Below are positions 9,473 to 18,938 of a stretch of 64,000 nt of DNA, one piece after another. Under the pieces are notes generated by a model. That model had not been told where the DNA came from, made no database searches, and saw only the letters and a list, made by a program, of their open reading frames with translations. Each line of letters starts with the position of its first letter. The stretch's first letter is position 1. Origin of the DNA: Saprospiraceae bacterium (lineage in GTDB: Bacteria > Bacteroidota > Bacteroidia > Chitinophagales > Saprospiraceae). The translations under genes and the position numbers were made by a program. The DNA is taken from positions 6,099-70,098 of the forward strand of contig JANPKZ010000012.1 of NCBI GenBank assembly GCA_031426295.1. Direction: 5' to 3'.

Positions 9473-10153
9473 CTATGGTACGTCGGTCATGTTGCGTCGA
9501 TCTACACGATATGCAGTTCGGCACACCCAAATAGACAGCGACAAGCTTCCAACAAAAACCAAGAGCGCTGCTCCCATCAACATTTCAGCAAACTCCTGTA
9601 GAATAAAAAAGTCATATAATCCATGAAGGAGGACAGGGATCAAAAGCGACAACCAAAAAAAGCGATCTGACTCGAGCTTGTACCGAGCAAATAAAAATCC
9701 CATAATAATTCCGAACATAAAATGTACCGGAACAGCAGTTAAGCCCCTTATGAGAGACTGCACCGCATCTAAATGCACGATTCCATATAGTATACCTTCC
9801 ACGAGACTAAAACCAGCAGCAAGACCACAACCGTAAAGGATACCATCAGTATACCGGTCGAAATGTGCCCAATGCCTCATAAACAGGACAAACCAGATCC
9901 ACTTCGCAGACTCCTCTATAAGAGAAACGCCTACAAAACTTTCAACTATCACAAGAGATGGATGGGAGTCAATAACAGGCGCAAGGAGGAAAGTCCACAA
10001 ATACTCGAGCCCAAAAGAGATGGCGGCAGCCCCAATACCCATTGCCACGCACAGCAAAAGATATAATGGACTTTCTGCGGAGTGCCGTCGCAGGATAACA
10101 TACATAATGGCGCTGTAAATCATCACCGCGAGCACTGGTACTAAAAATGTCAT
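9473..10153 (-). CDS. PrsW-family intramembrane metalloprotease
   Basis: 226 aa polytopic protein. EESAKW (EExxK) and LHGLYDF (HxxxD) motifs. Confidence 0.7.
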   Translation of the reverse strand: MTFLVPVLAVMIYSAIMYVILRRHSAESPLYLLLCVAMGIGAAAISFGLEYLWTFLLAPVIDSHPSLVIVESFVGVSLIEESAKWIWFVLFMRHWAHFDRYTDGILYGCGLAAGFSLVEGILYGIVHLDAVQSLIRGLTAVPVHFMFGIIMGFLFARYKLESDRFFWLSLLIPVLLHGLYDFFILQEFAEMLMGAALLVFVGSLSLSIWVCRTAYRVDRRNMTDVP

Positions 10154-10944
10154 CAGGCTAATGTAGCATAGAAGCGAATAAGATCTTCTATGATCCGCGC
10201 AGTGTTTTCATACATACTCAGATGTCCTACCCCAGGATACATATGGAGAGTTACGTGGCTGGAAAGTGGTGCTTGTTTATGAGCCAACTCTGGCTTGACA
10301 GCTGTATCTGCCTCGCCCATGAGCATTAAAACCGGCACAGTGATATTTTTCAGTGTTTCAGCATGGTCGTTTCTGTCACGCAATGCTGCATTGCCGTGAA
10401 TCCATGCGCTGTTGTCATATGTCTGAGCCCGGGCAATTAATTGGCGCGCTATGTCTTTATAAGAATCTGGTTGCCCAAATAAACCCGGGATGAATTTATT
10501 TAAAAATGGTCCGCGGCCGTTTTCTTCGATGTCCACAATGGTTGCAGAGCGCGCTTCTTTTTTTTCGGGGGGATCCGCAAACACATGACTATGTATAAGG
10601 GCAACACTTGATACAAGCTCAGGTTTTTGCGCTACCATTTCCATACATACATACCCACCCATGCTATGACCCACCAGGTTGACCGGACCCTCTACCACAT
10701 CAGCTATATGACGCCAATACTTCTGAGCCAGGTCCGAAATGGTATAAGGCTCGGTCTGTCGCTCAAGAGCAAACCCGGGAAGAGATAAATAGATTACATG
10801 GTAACCTTCAAAGGCGAGTTCCACAGGATACCAGATCCGGTGGTCGAAACCGAAACCATGAATCAGGACGGTAGTAATATTAGTATTACCCATAAGAGAG
10901 ATTTGATGAGGTTTGAATAGTAGTGTCTTTAGAAATAAGAACAT
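10153..10944 (-). CDS. Alpha/beta fold hydrolase
   Basis: HGFGFD and GHSMGG motifs. The more likely start is M18 at 10893. The stop overlaps the PrsW start (ATGA). Confidence 0.8.
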   Translation of the reverse strand: MFLFLKTLLFKPHQISLMGNTNITTVLIHGFGFDHRIWYPVELAFEGYHVIYLSLPGFALERQTEPYTISDLAQKYWRHIADVVEGPVNLVGHSMGGYVCMEMVAQKPELVSSVALIHSHVFADPPEKKEARSATIVDIEENGRGPFLNKFIPGLFGQPDSYKDIARQLIARAQTYDNSAWIHGNAALRDRNDHAETLKNITVPVLMLMGEADTAVKPELAHKQAPLSSHVTLHMYPGVGHLSMYENTARIIEDLIRFYATLA

Positions 10945-11040
10945 AATACCACATTGAGAGTGATAATGTTTTACGGCCAGACCAGGAGATTTTTTTAGAA
11001 AATATTACAGCTATCTTTCGCCCCTATATCTGACCTACTT

Positions 11041-12123
11041 ATGGCATTGACGATTGGCATTATTAAAGAACAATCTGATCCCCGCGTGGCGATCACCCCG
11101 GATAACATTAAAAGATCTAAAATGAAAGATGCTACATGGTGGATCCAATCCGGCGCTGGCACGCAGGCAGGATTTAATGACCATTTGTATGAGGGCGTAG
11201 CGACGGTTAAAAACAAGGAGACCATTTTAAAAGAAGCAGATATTATTATCACCGTATTTCCTCCCTCGGGCGAGGATCTCGCTGAAATACATTCAGGCGC
11301 AGTTGTCATCTCACAATTCCGTCCATACCAGGACGCCACCGTGATGGAAGCCCTTACCCAATATCCATTCCGCGCAATCAGTATGGACATGATCCCAAGG
11401 ACAACTCTGGCGCAGTCTATGGATGTACTTTCTTCGATGGCCTCTGTAGCAGGATATAAAGCGGTGCTCACGGCAGCACAACAACTGCCAAGATATTTTC
11501 CCATGATGATCACCTCTGCAGGCAGCATCAGGCCGGCCAAGGTATTGGTCATCGGGGCCGGTGTTGCTGGATTACAGGCCATAGCCACATCAAGAAAACT
11601 GGGTGCTGTAGTAGAAGCATTCGATGTACGTCAGGCAGCAAAGGAAGAGGTAGAAAGTCTTGGCGCAAAATTCGTTCAGGTGGAAGGAGCGAAGGATGAT
11701 AAAGGCGCAGGTGGATATGCGGTGGAACAATCAGAAGAATTTCTCAATCGCCAGCGTGCTGAGGTGCAATCACGTGCGGCCAAGTCTGATGTGATCATTT
11801 GTACTGCACAGGTCCGTGGAAGAAAAGCGCCCGTCCTGATCGAAGCAGATACCGTTTCCCTGATGAAACATGGTTCGGTAATTGTTGACCTTGCCGCGTC
11901 TACCGGTGGTAACTGTGCACTGACAGAAAACGATCAGACAATTAAAAAATTTGGTGTGACGATCATCGGGAATTCATCCCTCGACAAAGATATGGTCGAA
12001 GACGCAAGCCAGATGTATGGAAACAATGTCCTCAATCTGCTTAACCACGTTGTAAAGGATGGAGAACTTCAGTTGAAGCTGGAAGATGAGATCGTAAAAG
12101 GAAGCCTGATCAAGGCTAATTAG
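11041..12123 (+). CDS. pntAA: NAD(P) transhydrogenase alpha subunit part 1 (dI, alanine-dehydrogenase/PNT fold)
   Basis: 360 aa. Rossmann motif VLVIGAGVAGLQAI and typical PNT dI sequence. No membrane part is encoded here. Confidence 0.85.
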   Translation: MALTIGIIKEQSDPRVAITPDNIKRSKMKDATWWIQSGAGTQAGFNDHLYEGVATVKNKETILKEADIIITVFPPSGEDLAEIHSGAVVISQFRPYQDATVMEALTQYPFRAISMDMIPRTTLAQSMDVLSSMASVAGYKAVLTAAQQLPRYFPMMITSAGSIRPAKVLVIGAGVAGLQAIATSRKLGAVVEAFDVRQAAKEEVESLGAKFVQVEGAKDDKGAGGYAVEQSEEFLNRQRAEVQSRAAKSDVIICTAQVRGRKAPVLIEADTVSLMKHGSVIVDLAASTGGNCALTENDQTIKKFGVTIIGNSSLDKDMVEDASQMYGNNVLNLLNHVVKDGELQLKLEDEIVKGSLIKAN

Positions 12124-12126
12124 TTT

Positions 12127-13245
12127 TCAGCACAACCTACTCATTAAGTAGTCTCCTACAACTTTTGGTTTTCCAACGTCAGCAATTTCTTTTTCTGTTG
12201 CCCATATAAATCCACCCGGAAGCGCTTTTCCACCACCCGTTATTTCAACGCGATAAAACTTTGCCCTGATTACCTGGTGCGAAAGTTTTTGTTCTGCAGC
12301 ATAAATGGATGTACCAGAAACATCAAAATGGGAGTGGTTGAGAAGGGAAGAAACAAGCGCAGCTAATTTTTTTTGACCCGGACTTCTTACACTGTTTGTC
12401 TCAATAAAAGGAAGTGTATACAGGCTATGCCAGATATCTTTTTGTTCACGTTTGTACAGAAGCGTATACTTTCCTTTCCGGATATCAACCAAATGAAAAA
12501 AACGAATAGAAGGTGCTTTTTTTTCAGTGCGTTGTGGTAGTTCCTCAACCAAATCATGCTGATATGCATAACACTTTTTAGAAAGAGGGCATAAATCACA
12601 TTCTGGTGAAGAGGGCTTACAAACCAATGCACCAAAGTTCATGATGGCCTGATTAAACAGAGCTGGCGAGGAACCCTTCATATATGCCATTGCCAGCTTG
12701 CTAATTTTCCCGTGCGTAGAAGCATCATCGATTGATTCAAAAATACCAGCAAAACGCGCGATAACCCGCTTCACATTTCCATCAACAACAGCATGAGGAA
12801 GGTTATATGCAAAGGACGAAATCGCGGCAGCTGAATAGGGGCCCACACCGGGCAGAGCTAAAAGCTCTTCATACGTTGCAGGAAAAACACCCTTCAATTT
12901 GACGGCAATTACATTTGCTGCAGTATGCAGATTTCGGGCACGCGTATAATATCCTAAACCTTCCCACAGCCGCATTACATTATCAATGGGAGCCGCCGCG
13001 AGATCCTGCACGGTTGGATAGGTTTCAATAAAACGATGGTAATACTTTTTGCCTTGCTCAATCCGGGTCTGTTGCATAATAATTTCGGAGAGCCAGATGT
13101 GATAGGGTTCTCTTTCTAATTCTGCAGACCAGGGTAACTCGCGAGGGTTCTGTTGATGCCAATCAATTATTTTTCGCGCGAAAAATGTAAGCATACGTAT
13201 CAAAGGTACGTTTCGGCACGCGTGGTAAATAAAAAAAGCCGGCAC
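12127..13245 (-). CDS. mutY: A/G-specific adenine DNA glycosylase
   Basis: HhH-GPD region (LPGVGPYSAAAI), 4Fe-4S loop C-x6-C-x2-C-x5-C, and a NUDIX-like C-terminus. The true start is probably M18 at 13194. Confidence 0.9.
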   Translation of the reverse strand: MPAFFIYHACRNVPLIRMLTFFARKIIDWHQQNPRELPWSAELEREPYHIWLSEIIMQQTRIEQGKKYYHRFIETYPTVQDLAAAPIDNVMRLWEGLGYYTRARNLHTAANVIAVKLKGVFPATYEELLALPGVGPYSAAAISSFAYNLPHAVVDGNVKRVIARFAGIFESIDDASTHGKISKLAMAYMKGSSPALFNQAIMNFGALVCKPSSPECDLCPLSKKCYAYQHDLVEELPQRTEKKAPSIRFFHLVDIRKGKYTLLYKREQKDIWHSLYTLPFIETNSVRSPGQKKLAALVSSLLNHSHFDVSGTSIYAAEQKLSHQVIRAKFYRVEITGGGKALPGGFIWATEKEIADVGKPKVVGDYLMSRLC

Positions 13246-13286
13246 GAATCATCGTACCGGCCTTTAGGGTTTTATATAATTAGGGT

Positions 13287-13805
13287 TTAAGGTCTTGCTA
13301 CCTGGTAACGGCGTTCGATCAGGTCTTTAAGTTCTTTGCGAGCAAAGAAAATTCTGCTTTTCACCGTACCTAATGGAAGATTAAGTGCTTCTGCAATTTC
13401 CTGGTACTTATGACCGAGGTAATGCATCTCGAAAGGAACTCTTAGTGAATCATCAAGCCCATCTACCATACCGGTCAGCTCATTCATCATGATATTAGAC
13501 TCAGCACTATTGTGGATAGCAGAAGTACCGCTATTGATATAGTACAGGTTGTCTGTCGAATCAATGATTGTACGAGTTTTCACGTTTTTGCGATAGTTGT
13601 TGATGAAAATGTTTTTCATAATCGTCAGCAACCATGCTTTCAGGTTCGTGCCAGGGATGAATTTATCAACATTACTAATGGCCCTGAACGCAGTTTCCTG
13701 ATAGAGGTCTTTAGCTTCTTCACTGTTTTTGGTCAGTTTGTACGCAAACGTGTGGAGAGGTACGCTGAGGCTTGACAGTTGTTGATTAAAATCTGCAGTA
13801 GACAT
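13287..13805 (-). CDS. RNA polymerase sigma-70 family (ECF-type) sigma factor
   Basis: 172 aa. Region 2 (DLYQETAFRA..., WLLTIMKNIFIN) and region 4 HTH (YQEIAEALNLPLGTVKSRIFFARKEL). Confidence 0.85.
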   Translation of the reverse strand: MSTADFNQQLSSLSVPLHTFAYKLTKNSEEAKDLYQETAFRAISNVDKFIPGTNLKAWLLTIMKNIFINNYRKNVKTRTIIDSTDNLYYINSGTSAIHNSAESNIMMNELTGMVDGLDDSLRVPFEMHYLGHKYQEIAEALNLPLGTVKSRIFFARKELKDLIERRYQVARP

Positions 13806-14006
13806 GATGTAAGGTTTTTGTTTGATTTAATCTGATTCAAAGCTATAGGAAACATCAACAATGCACAATAAAGGTTAAACAAACTACCCGTAATTAACGC
13901 AAAATTAACGGCACAATACTGAAAATTTAAACCAACAACCTAGTAATCAGTAATTTACAAAAACCATGGATTTTCATTTATAATTGAAAACCATGAAAGT
14001 TATTAG

Positions 14007-14039
14007 TGGATAACCCTTAACCCGGTTAAGGGTTATCCA
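14007..14039. promoter_or_regulatory. 33-bp near-perfect palindrome with DnaA-box-like half sites
   Basis: TGGATAACCCTTAACC-c-GGTTAAGGGTTATCCA, two 16-nt perfectly complementary arms. It lies in the 483-bp divergent sigma/ddl spacer. Confidence 0.3.
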
Positions 14040-14288
14040 GTGGGATTATAGTTTGTCGTGCTTATTTGCGAAAGGGCAGGATGTCAAATGGATCCGGTTT
14101 TTTAACTCCGGGTCGCTGAACTTTTTCGCGACAATGGTGTGTGTTTCCGATGACTCAAAAATAGATTGACGCATCCCCGTCCGCATTACACAATTCCATG
14201 TGTTTGTTATAAGAATTCGAGTATCTGTAATAAAACTTCCTTAATTGTAGATTTGAGACGGGAAATAGTATAAATACAAGGGAAAACC

Positions 14289-15260
14289 ATGATGAAAATT
14301 GCAATTATCGCAGGAGGTCCTTCTGCAGAAAGAGGCGTGTCTTTAAAAAGCGCAAAGACGATTGCTACACACATCCCTAAAGACAAGTATGAGGTATATA
14401 CAATAGATATAACTCCCGACGGATGGAAAGAGATTGAGTCAGGCACATATGTTGACCTGAATCAATTTGCATTAATACTGCCAGGAGATGAGAGAATGAA
14501 ATTTGATTTTGCATTTATCATAGTCCATGGCACCCCGGCAGAGGATGGTAAGCTGCAGGGTTATTTTGAAATGATGGGGATTCCGCATAGTGCCTGTGGC
14601 GTACTCTCGAGCTCGCTCACCTTCAACAAACAAATGTGTAAGGATCATCTGAAACAGTATCATATTCCCATGGCTGAAAGCATGATCATCACTGCCCAGG
14701 TATCTCAGGAGGATGTATTATCAAAAAGTATTCAACCACCATTTTTTGTCAAGCCAAATAACAACGGATCAAGTTATGGTGTCACCAAGGTGAAGACATG
14801 GGATGGCCTGGAAACTGCCATTGCACATGCGCTCAGCTTTGATCATGAAGTAATGATTGAGCGCGCGTTGCAGGGATCAGAATATTCGAACGGTGTAATT
14901 CGTGACGGATCTACCTATCACGTATTTCCTATTACACAAATAATACCTAAAGGTGAATTTTTTGATTTCGCCGCGAAGTATGAAGGCGAAAGCGAAGAGA
15001 TCACACCGGCAGACCTGGATGCGTCACTGACACAACAATGTCAGCAACGATCACTTCTTCTCTATAAAATACTTGGATGCCGAGGCATGGTTCGCTTTGA
15101 TTATATCCTGGAGAATGGGATATTTCATTTGCTGGAAGCCAATACAACACCCGGTATGTCTGAAGCATCGATCATTCCACAACAAGCAAGGGCGTATGGA
15201 TGGACCATAGGCCAGATGCTGGATACGATCATAGAGGATTGTCTTAAGAATCCTAATTAA
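14289..15260 (+). CDS. ddl: D-alanine--D-alanine ligase
   Basis: 323 aa ATP-grasp protein. GGPSAERGVSLKSA N-terminus, HGTPAEDG motif, C-terminal EANTTPGM. Confidence 0.9.
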   Translation: MMKIAIIAGGPSAERGVSLKSAKTIATHIPKDKYEVYTIDITPDGWKEIESGTYVDLNQFALILPGDERMKFDFAFIIVHGTPAEDGKLQGYFEMMGIPHSACGVLSSSLTFNKQMCKDHLKQYHIPMAESMIITAQVSQEDVLSKSIQPPFFVKPNNNGSSYGVTKVKTWDGLETAIAHALSFDHEVMIERALQGSEYSNGVIRDGSTYHVFPITQIIPKGEFFDFAAKYEGESEEITPADLDASLTQQCQQRSLLLYKILGCRGMVRFDYILENGIFHLLEANTTPGMSEASIIPQQARAYGWTIGQMLDTIIEDCLKNPN

Positions 15261-18200
15261 AAACGTAGTGCGCCTCCAATGTTGATCTGGCGATCATCTT
15301 CGCCAACCATATATCCCAGTCTAAAGGCGGTGAGTCCCAGCGGCACCAGGTAGATGCCACCACCAAACGAAGTGTGCCATGTATTATCATCATCACCCTC
15401 CCCATCAAACCACACACGGCCATAATCAACAGAACCATACACACCAAGACTAAACGGGATCATCCCCCTGCTTTGAAAAAGCTTCAGGCGCAAATCAGTC
15501 GCGTGTAAAAACCTTGCATCACCCGCAAACCGGTCACTCCTGAAGCCACGGAGCTTGTCAGGACCACCAAGGGTAAGTGCATGAAAGAATTCATAGTCAC
15601 CAATGATCTGATCCGCCTGGATGTGTGTTGCCAGCACAACGGTGCCGCTAACATTAAACGGAATATACAGCGCACCCTCTGCTGACAAAATGCTGTGCGT
15701 TATTTCTGTTTCAACCAAAGACGTTCTACCACCCACGCTTACGCCTACCTCACCACCTCTTGTTGGAAATCCCGGATTGTCTAATCGTACAAAAGAATAT
15801 CCTGCAGTAATGCCAAGATATTGCCGCTGTCCAAAATCACCAGGGGAAAGCCCGGCAGATGGTGTGTACACAAATCGCGGATCCTCATGACTGTCTTCAA
15901 GATTGAGCAGCTGGTATTGTGGCTTCAGGTAGATCGTGCTTCCAAAACCAAAATGTTTTTCAATAGATGGCGCCAGACGCACCTGTGTGCCTTTGACAAT
16001 ATGGTATTTAGATTTTTCACCATAATTTATATACTCGTTGCCCAATCCATAAAAGTATTGTGTAAATGTTGGCCCGGTAAAAAAGGCATCAAAGCCAAAA
16101 TCAAATTCTCCCAGCGCGTGCGGCCACAATCCATTATACCGACCGATGAAGGCGCCGGTATTAAAAAAATAGGAAAGGCTTACCGAGTGATTTGATTTGA
16201 ACGGGTCTGAACGAAAACCATAGCGTGTTGACCAGAGATTATAAGTCAATCCAAACCCTTCATCCGTGTAATACGTGGGAAGTGGAAAATGAATCGTCTT
16301 ATTCAGCCTCCAGTCCGTACGGTCGTACGAATTATTAAATGGCTTGTCATTCAAATGGGCTGAAATATTTTTTCCTGAAAGCGACATGCCGTCATCATCA
16401 TCATACGCAATCACACGAAGGTGCTTTGAGTCATTTGTAAGGACATCATTTCCACTGCCCCCTATGATCCGGATCTTTATGTTGGAACTTCCATTACCTG
16501 TCAGGTGAATGGTATCCCCTTTTTCCAAACCAAAAATGCGAAGTTCTTTTGTTTCATCATCACGAACTATACGTTCATAGAACAGGTAAGATTTATCATC
16601 AGACCACCTGTTCACAGAGACCAGTATTTCATCATCATTTGTTGCGGTAATCGTAATCCGGTCAGGATCATTGGAAGCTGGAACGGTAACTTCGCGTGAC
16701 AAGTAATCAAAGAACTCCTCCGCATACGCTACCAGATCGGTTCGGCGTATCCGGAGCGACTCCCGGATGCGTTCTCCATCCAGCACATCTATCTCAGATG
16801 GCCAGTCGGTAAAGGCAGCCTGTATAACATTGTCAGTTAAGGAAGACTGTAACTCACGGGCCATGCGGACAAAATCCTCTTTGGTAAGACTATTCAAAAA
16901 AGTACGGTCAAAATATTTTCCTGCCCACATGAGACCAGGTAGAAAATCAATCTTATCATCAAACCGGCGAAGTGCGGGGCTGAAATAAGGTCTGCTTGCG
17001 ATATAGTCAAGTGTACCGTTGTTATTAAAAAAGATTTGATCACGATCGCGTGGTATGGGCTTATATACCGTAATCCCGTTTTCTTTGAATGATGCCCATC
17101 GAAACTGATCATCATGCCGATCCCAGTCACCCAACCACAGATCAAACAAGCGTGCACGAAGTGCTGCCTGCTGATCCACTTTGTGTTTGTGTGATTCGGC
17201 GACCAGATCAATGACATCCAGCGTATTGAATGTTTCTTTTGTGTTGCCAAAATTTTCAACAGCTGATGTGTTGCCACCGGGCCGGTCTTCGAAGAGATAG
17301 ACACCATCCCCGATATCATAATCATATATGCCGAGTGCGTCCTGGTGAGGAACATAGACAATGCTGGGGTTTGTATAAAACACACCCGCCGCTTTCGCGA
17401 GGCGGGGTACAACTAAAGCTGCATACGGATGAGAGGCTGCAATTCCATCCTGTACAATATTTTCAGCGAACGTGCCACGCAACTCAGGTGGTAATACGGC
17501 AGTAACTTTTTTGTCTATCGACCTCAATACATATTGTTTTCCGTCTTTATTTTCAAGACGCAGGGATCGTGTCTGGTTGCCACCACCAAGTTGTAAGGGT
17601 TTTAATCCGCCATCATAATCTTCAAGCCGAAGGATCGGCATATCGATTTCCTTGCTCCATGCTGCACGATAAAAATCGCCGCGAAGAAACTTTTTATCCT
17701 CATACTTGTCTGAAGCGCGCATGCGAATGCTGTCACCCGTAATGGAAGTCTTAGTGAAAGCCGGATCTTCTGTTGAAAGAGTTTCAGCCAAAGGCGGTGC
17801 GAAAGTCATAGACCATACACTGCGTGATGCTCCAGCATCATCAACTGCCATCAAGAAAAAATTAATAGCACCATCTTTTAAAATATCAGCACGCACAAAC
17901 CCTTTGCTCATAAATGAAAAATCGGACTGATCACCTTTGCGTGCATGTGTGATTACTTCTCCGCTTCCCGCGACTAAAAAATGTTTTCCTTCCTGATCAA
18001 AATACTGAAGGCTTTTTTCGTGTCCGCTGATCACAGCGCAACTTTTACATCCATCGATCGCGGTAATGAATGCTGAACGGAAAGCCTCATAGGCAGGATG
18101 ACCAAAATGCTGATCAGACGCAACAAGCGATTTAATTCCTGTGATGACAGTGCCCACAAAAGGTAATGGAAAGAGGTGTGATGAAAGTGGATAATTTCCG

Positions 18201-18901
18201 GCGGTGGGACCGACAGCATATATGGGATGGTGCATGGCCAAAAGGATATGCTTACCTGTATGGGACTGAATAATGGATTTAATTTCCTGGCGCAAATCCA
18301 GTACACTTCCCATGCTGCAACCTGGCTGTTTATCACCTTTCCGGCTTTCAGATTCAATAGCCCACTGTGAATCGATCAGCACGAGGATCGCGTTTTTGGT
18401 TAACTCAATTACCTCAGGCTCACCACAGCCTTTACGTGGTTCGAGCAGACGCCCATCTTTTTTAAAGTCTTTTAATGCCTTATCTAATTCAGCTACATAT
18501 GCGTGAGATCGATTCCTGCCCGAGGACCACTCCATCTCTCCGGGTACTATGAAAAAGTCATTGAAAGAATCATCCAGCCTTTGAACAGCGGAAAGCATCG
18601 GGCTTGCATGATCTGCTTCGGCCACTGGGAGATCATCGTTAGACACCACATCCCCCAAAAGAATCAGACCAGAAGATTTGACCTGGTTGTTTTCTTCTAT
18701 TGCCTTTAAGACTGCAGAAGGCTGATCAAGAGAAACTCCTCCGCTCAGGAAGAGAGAATATGCAACATCATCTGCCGGAGAAGAAGTGAGCATCGGTGTT
18801 TTTGGGGTTGATGAGGTCTTATAAGACGGTCGGATGCTGCCACACGCACAGAGGGCGAGAAAGAGCGGGAGTACTCCGCACAACAGGTTGGATTTCATCA
18901 T
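15257..18901 (-). CDS. Lipoprotein with N-terminal calcineurin-like metallophosphoesterase fused to a C-terminal Omp85/BamA-type beta-barrel
   Basis: 1214 aa. Lipobox LALCAC. MPE-like segments (GDVVSND, LLAMHHPIY, ISGHEKS). The C-terminal ~350 aa have alternating beta-strand character and end ...GGALRF. Confidence 0.7.
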   Translation of the reverse strand: MMKSNLLCGVLPLFLALCACGSIRPSYKTSSTPKTPMLTSSPADDVAYSLFLSGGVSLDQPSAVLKAIEENNQVKSSGLILLGDVVSNDDLPVAEADHASPMLSAVQRLDDSFNDFFIVPGEMEWSSGRNRSHAYVAELDKALKDFKKDGRLLEPRKGCGEPEVIELTKNAILVLIDSQWAIESESRKGDKQPGCSMGSVLDLRQEIKSIIQSHTGKHILLAMHHPIYAVGPTAGNYPLSSHLFPLPFVGTVITGIKSLVASDQHFGHPAYEAFRSAFITAIDGCKSCAVISGHEKSLQYFDQEGKHFLVAGSGEVITHARKGDQSDFSFMSKGFVRADILKDGAINFFLMAVDDAGASRSVWSMTFAPPLAETLSTEDPAFTKTSITGDSIRMRASDKYEDKKFLRGDFYRAAWSKEIDMPILRLEDYDGGLKPLQLGGGNQTRSLRLENKDGKQYVLRSIDKKVTAVLPPELRGTFAENIVQDGIAASHPYAALVVPRLAKAAGVFYTNPSIVYVPHQDALGIYDYDIGDGVYLFEDRPGGNTSAVENFGNTKETFNTLDVIDLVAESHKHKVDQQAALRARLFDLWLGDWDRHDDQFRWASFKENGITVYKPIPRDRDQIFFNNNGTLDYIASRPYFSPALRRFDDKIDFLPGLMWAGKYFDRTFLNSLTKEDFVRMARELQSSLTDNVIQAAFTDWPSEIDVLDGERIRESLRIRRTDLVAYAEEFFDYLSREVTVPASNDPDRITITATNDDEILVSVNRWSDDKSYLFYERIVRDDETKELRIFGLEKGDTIHLTGNGSSNIKIRIIGGSGNDVLTNDSKHLRVIAYDDDDGMSLSGKNISAHLNDKPFNNSYDRTDWRLNKTIHFPLPTYYTDEGFGLTYNLWSTRYGFRSDPFKSNHSVSLSYFFNTGAFIGRYNGLWPHALGEFDFGFDAFFTGPTFTQYFYGLGNEYINYGEKSKYHIVKGTQVRLAPSIEKHFGFGSTIYLKPQYQLLNLEDSHEDPRFVYTPSAGLSPGDFGQRQYLGITAGYSFVRLDNPGFPTRGGEVGVSVGGRTSLVETEITHSILSAEGALYIPFNVSGTVVLATHIQADQIIGDYEFFHALTLGGPDKLRGFRSDRFAGDARFLHATDLRLKLFQSRGMIPFSLGVYGSVDYGRVWFDGEGDDDNTWHTSFGGGIYLVPLGLTAFRLGYMVGEDDRQINIGGALRF

Positions 18902-18938
18902 TACTAAAGATAAATAACCTATGTGGAAAGAAACGGAA

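Noticed and set aside
10995-11588. 197-aa minus-strand ORF opposite pntAA
   Set aside because: It is fully antisense to a well-supported transhydrogenase dI gene. Its composition is Ala/Ser/Cys-rich with no motifs, which is typical of a shadow ORF.
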